From Alphaproteobacteria bacterium (lineage in GTDB: Bacteria; Pseudomonadota; Alphaproteobacteria; UBA7985; JAUIBT01), in the NCBI GenBank assembly GCA_030428565.1, contig JAUIDR010000001.1:82431-146430 (forward strand): a DNA stretch of 64,000 bases, given 5' to 3'. This document shows, piece by piece, positions 61,408 to 64,000 of this stretch. A model generated the notes under the pieces. That model was given only the letters and a program-made list of their open reading frames with translations. It searched no databases and had not been told where the DNA came from. Numbering within the stretch: position 1 is the first letter of the stretch; every line of letters starts with the position of its first letter. The position numbers and the translations under genes are program-made.

Positions 61408-61653
61408 TGGCCTACGATCTGCAGCGTTTCATTCTGTGGCTTGGGGATTAGGGCGGCCACCTTAGTGCAGAGTCGCGCAAGACGGAAGTTCTAGATTGCC
61501 CCAAGGGCGCAAAAGCGCGCTTGATATAGCTTAATTAGACAAAGCTTGCGCCAGGCTAAACTGGGCGGGCTGACGCAGCCTCTCTCGATCGGCGCCCACT
61601 ACGAAGCTGAGCGCCAAACGCAGCCCGTGCCTAGCAAACCGAAAGGGACCAGT

Positions 61654-62067
61654 ATGACGAGCCCCACTTCATCACCTGCCACCCAACTCAGCCAATGGCG
61701 CAACTGGAGAATTTGGGTCTATGGCCTGCTATCCTGGCTGATCCCCTATCTGACCGCCTTTGCCTTTTTTGATCCAAAAGACGGCCTGATGATCGCGCTG
61801 CCCTTATTCAAATCAATTATGATCGTTGTCGGTGGTGCGGCTGGCTGTGGTCTGCTGGTCTTGGCCTTTCGCCACATCAGACCCAGCTGGCAAGCTGGCC
61901 TGACTTTGGGGCTGTTTTGGCTGCTTCTCAATTGGTTGCTTGATATAGCGTTGCTGCTACCCATGTCCGGCCAGAGCCTGCCCGACTATGCCAGCGATAT
62001 CGGCTTGCGCTACTTGCTGCTACCCATGATTGCAACCGCCATGGGCGCGGTGGCCGCCAAGCGCTGA
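61654..62067 (+). CDS. Hypothetical small membrane protein (4 predicted TM helices)
   Basis: Hydrophobic segments (WIWVYGLLSWLIPYLTAFAFF, LMIALPLFKSIMIVVGGAAGCGLLVLAF, LTLGLFWLLLNWLLDIALLL, LLLPMIATAMGAVAA). Start at MTSPT is uncertain. Confidence 0.35.
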   Translation: MTSPTSSPATQLSQWRNWRIWVYGLLSWLIPYLTAFAFFDPKDGLMIALPLFKSIMIVVGGAAGCGLLVLAFRHIRPSWQAGLTLGLFWLLLNWLLDIALLLPMSGQSLPDYASDIGLRYLLLPMIATAMGAVAAKR

Positions 62068-62169
62068 GCCTTGGGGGCCTCATGGGCTCGTTTCTGGCGC
62101 GGCTTTCGATCAGAAGCCATCTGTAGGGCTGAGGGCCGCCGCCGCCCCAATTCAAGAAATTCAGGCATT

Positions 62170-62205
62170 AAAAAAGGGCCGCAGGGAGGAGGAGCGGCCC
62201 TTTTT
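62170..62205. terminator. Bidirectional rho-independent terminator
   Basis: AAAAAAGGGCCGC-AGGGAGGAGGA-GCGGCCCTTTTT. Serves the + strand membrane-protein gene and the - strand DUF1127 gene. Confidence 0.6.
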
Positions 62206-62254
62206 CATCCAAAGTTGAGCGCGGGAGGAAGCGCTTTTTCTAAGGAATTCGGTA

Positions 62255-62401
62255 TTAGAAGCTGTCGTTGACGATGCGGTCAAAGTCTGCGCGGTTGATG
62301 CCCAAGTCCTGCAATTGGCGCTCGTCCATTGCTTCCAGTTCTTCGCGCAGAACGCGGCGGCGAGAGACATTTTCAAAGAAACGTACAACGGGATTAGTCA
62401 T
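62255..62401 (-). CDS. DUF1127 domain small protein (48 aa)
   Basis: Translated by hand from the minus strand: MTNPVVRFFENVSRRRVLREELEAMDERQLQDLGINRADFDRIVNDSF. This is the DUF1127 consensus (..L..L.D.GI.R.DI). It is shorter than 60 aa, so it is not in the ORF track. Confidence 0.5.
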   Translation of the reverse strand: MTNPVVRFFENVSRRRVLREELEAMDERQLQDLGINRADFDRIVNDSF

Positions 62402-62989
62402 GGTATTTCACTTTCTACGTACAATATTCAGGGTTGGTAACGCCTTATGCGGAACTAACCTCAAACAAAAATCCGATTAGTGAGAGATTTGAACCAGGCC
62501 GCGAACGTCTGTTTTGCGGTAAGAACCAGTCTCTGCATCGTTATCCAACAGCAATTGTAGGTGCTGAATTGAAGGAAAGCATGTTGCTACTGTCATAGGA
62601 TCAACCCTTTATTTGGCGTTGGTTTTATCTGCTCGGCAGATTGGAATTTTTGTTTGAGGCCACCGCCTCGCTACAAAGCAAAGATGGACCAGCCAGCCGC
62701 CGATCTCAAGCGACGCATTTGCAGCTCAGTCATGCGGTTTTTGCAGCCTTGCTTTCGCCGCTTTTTAACACCGTAGCACGAAGATGCCGCGATGAGCGGC
62801 TGGGTGCCTAGACCATTCGATTTGGGCGATTGCCTTGCTAGGCTATCCAAAGGCGGCCAGGTGGGCGGGTCAACGGCGGGCGGGGTCTTTGGATAGCGAC
62901 GCCTCACGGCTCATATTGGCGTCAGCGCCGCACGATTGTCTGTATGACCGGCGCAAGCGAGCCGCAGTGCCCAGAGCTATAAACCATCA

Positions 62990-63053
62990 GAGCCAAGCAC
63001 AAACAAGAGCCAAGCACAAACAAGAGCCAAGCACAAACAGAGCCAAGCACGCC
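62990..63053. repeat. 17-bp tandem repeat (GAGCCAAGCACAAACAA, about 3.8 copies) about 60 bp from the 3' end of tRNA-Pro(GGG)
   Basis: Read directly: gagccaagcacaaacaa ×2, gagccaagcacaaaca, gagccaagcacgcc. Confidence 0.65.
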
Positions 63054-63112
63054 TATGGCCAGGCCGGCACGGGTCAGTGCAAATTGTATTGGATATAGAA
63101 GGGGGAAATATT

Positions 63113-63189
63113 TGGTCGGCGTAGCAGGATTCGAACCTACGACCTCTCGTCCCCCAGACGAACGCGCTACCAGACTGCGCTATACGCCG
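63113..63189 (-). tRNA. tRNA-Pro (anticodon GGG)
   Basis: A 77-nt cloverleaf folded on the reverse complement: acceptor CGGCGTA/TACGCCG, D-arm GCGC-AGTCTGGTA-GCGC, anticodon arm TTCGT-CTGGGGG-ACGAG (anticodon GGG, G37), T-arm GTAGG-TTCGAAT-CCTGC, encoded CCA. Confidence 0.8.
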
Positions 63190-63427
63190 ACACGCTGCCC
63201 TTAGGCAGGGGCCCTTACTTAATCCCTGCTGGTTAAAATGTAAAGCCCAAGCCGCGCCCAAAAATACGATTTTTGTGCCGTCATTTGCCAGCCTGTCCAG
63301 CCGGAATGTGGGTGGCCATACGGCGCTGCCGATACCGACCTTGTCCCGAGAGAATCGAGCTCAAATACCGGACTCTAACACGGACTCTAACAGGTGCCAC
63401 GCCTACGCACATTATGCATCAGACGCG

Positions 63428-64000
63428 CTAGTCGCTTTGTTCGATCGCGCGCCACTTTTTGACGTTGGCATTGTGCTGCTTTAGGGTCTCGGCGAAGGCA
63501 TGGCCGCCACTGCCGTCAGCAACAAAATAGAAATACTTGGTATCCGCCGGACTCAGCACCGCTTGCAGGGCCTCTTTGCCAACGTTGGCAATGGGCCCCG
63601 GCGGCAGACCCCGCCGCTTGTAGGTGTTGTAAGCATGGTCGCGATCCAACTCTGAGCGTTTGAGGCCGCGCCCCAGCTTACCCAATCCATCGCTCTCGAA
63701 GTAGACCAGAGTTGGATCGGCCTGCAAGCGCCAACCTTCTTTCAGGCGGTTGATAAAGACCGAAGCCACGACCGGGCGTTCGCGCCCGATACCGGTCTCG
63801 CGCTCGACAATCGAAGCCAGGGTTATGGCTTGTTCCGGCGTTTCAAAGGGCAAGCCCTCCTGCCGGGCTTCCCACAGCGGCCAAAAAGCCTCCTGCAGCG
63901 CGGCCTGCATGCGCTCAACCACCGACTGGCGGCTGTCGCCACGGTGGATAAAATAGGTGTCCGGCAGCATTGAGCCTTCGGCGGGCAGCGTGTCGATGCT
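63428..64000 (-). CDS. mltG: Endolytic murein transglycosylase MltG (YceG-like), C-terminal part; the N-terminus lies beyond the window end
   Basis: YceG-like catalytic region (LQADPTLVYF, ERETG, NTYKRRGLPPGPIANVG). The ORF is open to the window edge. Confidence 0.7.
   Translation of the reverse strand, partial: SIDTLPAEGSMLPDTYFIHRGDSRQSVVERMQAALQEAFWPLWEARQEGLPFETPEQAITLASIVERETGIGRERPVVASVFINRLKEGWRLQADPTLVYFESDGLGKLGRGLKRSELDRDHAYNTYKRRGLPPGPIANVGKEALQAVLSPADTKYFYFVADGSGGHAFAETLKQHNANVKKWRAIEQSD

Noticed and set aside
1-64000. Mobile elements, CRISPR arrays, toxin-antitoxin pairs or defence islands
   Set aside because: There are no transposase, integrase, Cas, restriction-modification or TA-like ORFs, and no regularly spaced direct repeats with unique spacers. 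The tandem arrays present are contiguous simple repeats.

Overview
This window reads as conserved alphaproteobacterial chromosome backbone at roughly 60% GC, densely coding, with no transposase, integrase, phage, CRISPR or recognisable defence genes. That placement rests on gene order: bamE / ubiquinol-cytochrome-c chaperone / yceD / plsX / ihfA / merR; nusB-ribH-ribE-ribD-nrdR; aapJQMP next to metC; and tctABC.

About 60 protein genes can be called:
- Envelope and translation housekeeping: bamB, der, bamE, plsX, ihfA, nusB, thiL, ppa, rpsD, rpmI-rplT, pheST, and a partial mltG at the right edge.
- Riboflavin synthesis: ribH, ribE, ribD, with nrdR.
- Transporters: AzlCD, TctABC, KefGC, the general L-amino-acid ABC system AapJQMP, and two MFS permeases.
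- Catabolic or secreted enzymes: two arylsulfatase-family enzymes, a fused indolepyruvate:ferredoxin oxidoreductase, citramalate synthase, M3 oligoendopeptidase F, a long-chain acyl-CoA ligase, a fatty-acid desaturase, and an ABC1/UbiB-type kinase.
- Membrane scaffolding: an SPFH/stomatin-NfeD pair.
- Two tRNA-Pro genes: the CGG anticodon on the + strand near 12.5 kb, and the GGG anticodon on the - strand near 63.1 kb.

I did not find an obvious undescribed multi-gene system. The candidates most worth a second look are:
- a sulfatase-TctCBA-MarR-sulfatase cluster at 15.2-22.2 kb, which looks like an uptake and desulfation locus for an unknown sulfated substrate;
- a secreted protein with an HEXXH zinc motif and no recognisable family (34.3-35.2 kb);
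- an AapM permease with an unusual ~200-residue inserted loop domain;
- three degenerate intergenic tandem-repeat arrays (12, 15 and 17 bp units), plus a 15-bp repeat inside the coding sequence of a CoxG-like gene;
- an ORF-poor ~700 bp region holding a DUF1127 small-protein gene next to tRNA-Pro(GGG);
- a rearranged rpmI-rplT / pheST neighbourhood with inserted genes.

All coordinates and motifs come from reading the sequence and the six-frame ORF track. Family names are similarity judgments made by eye; no database searches were run.
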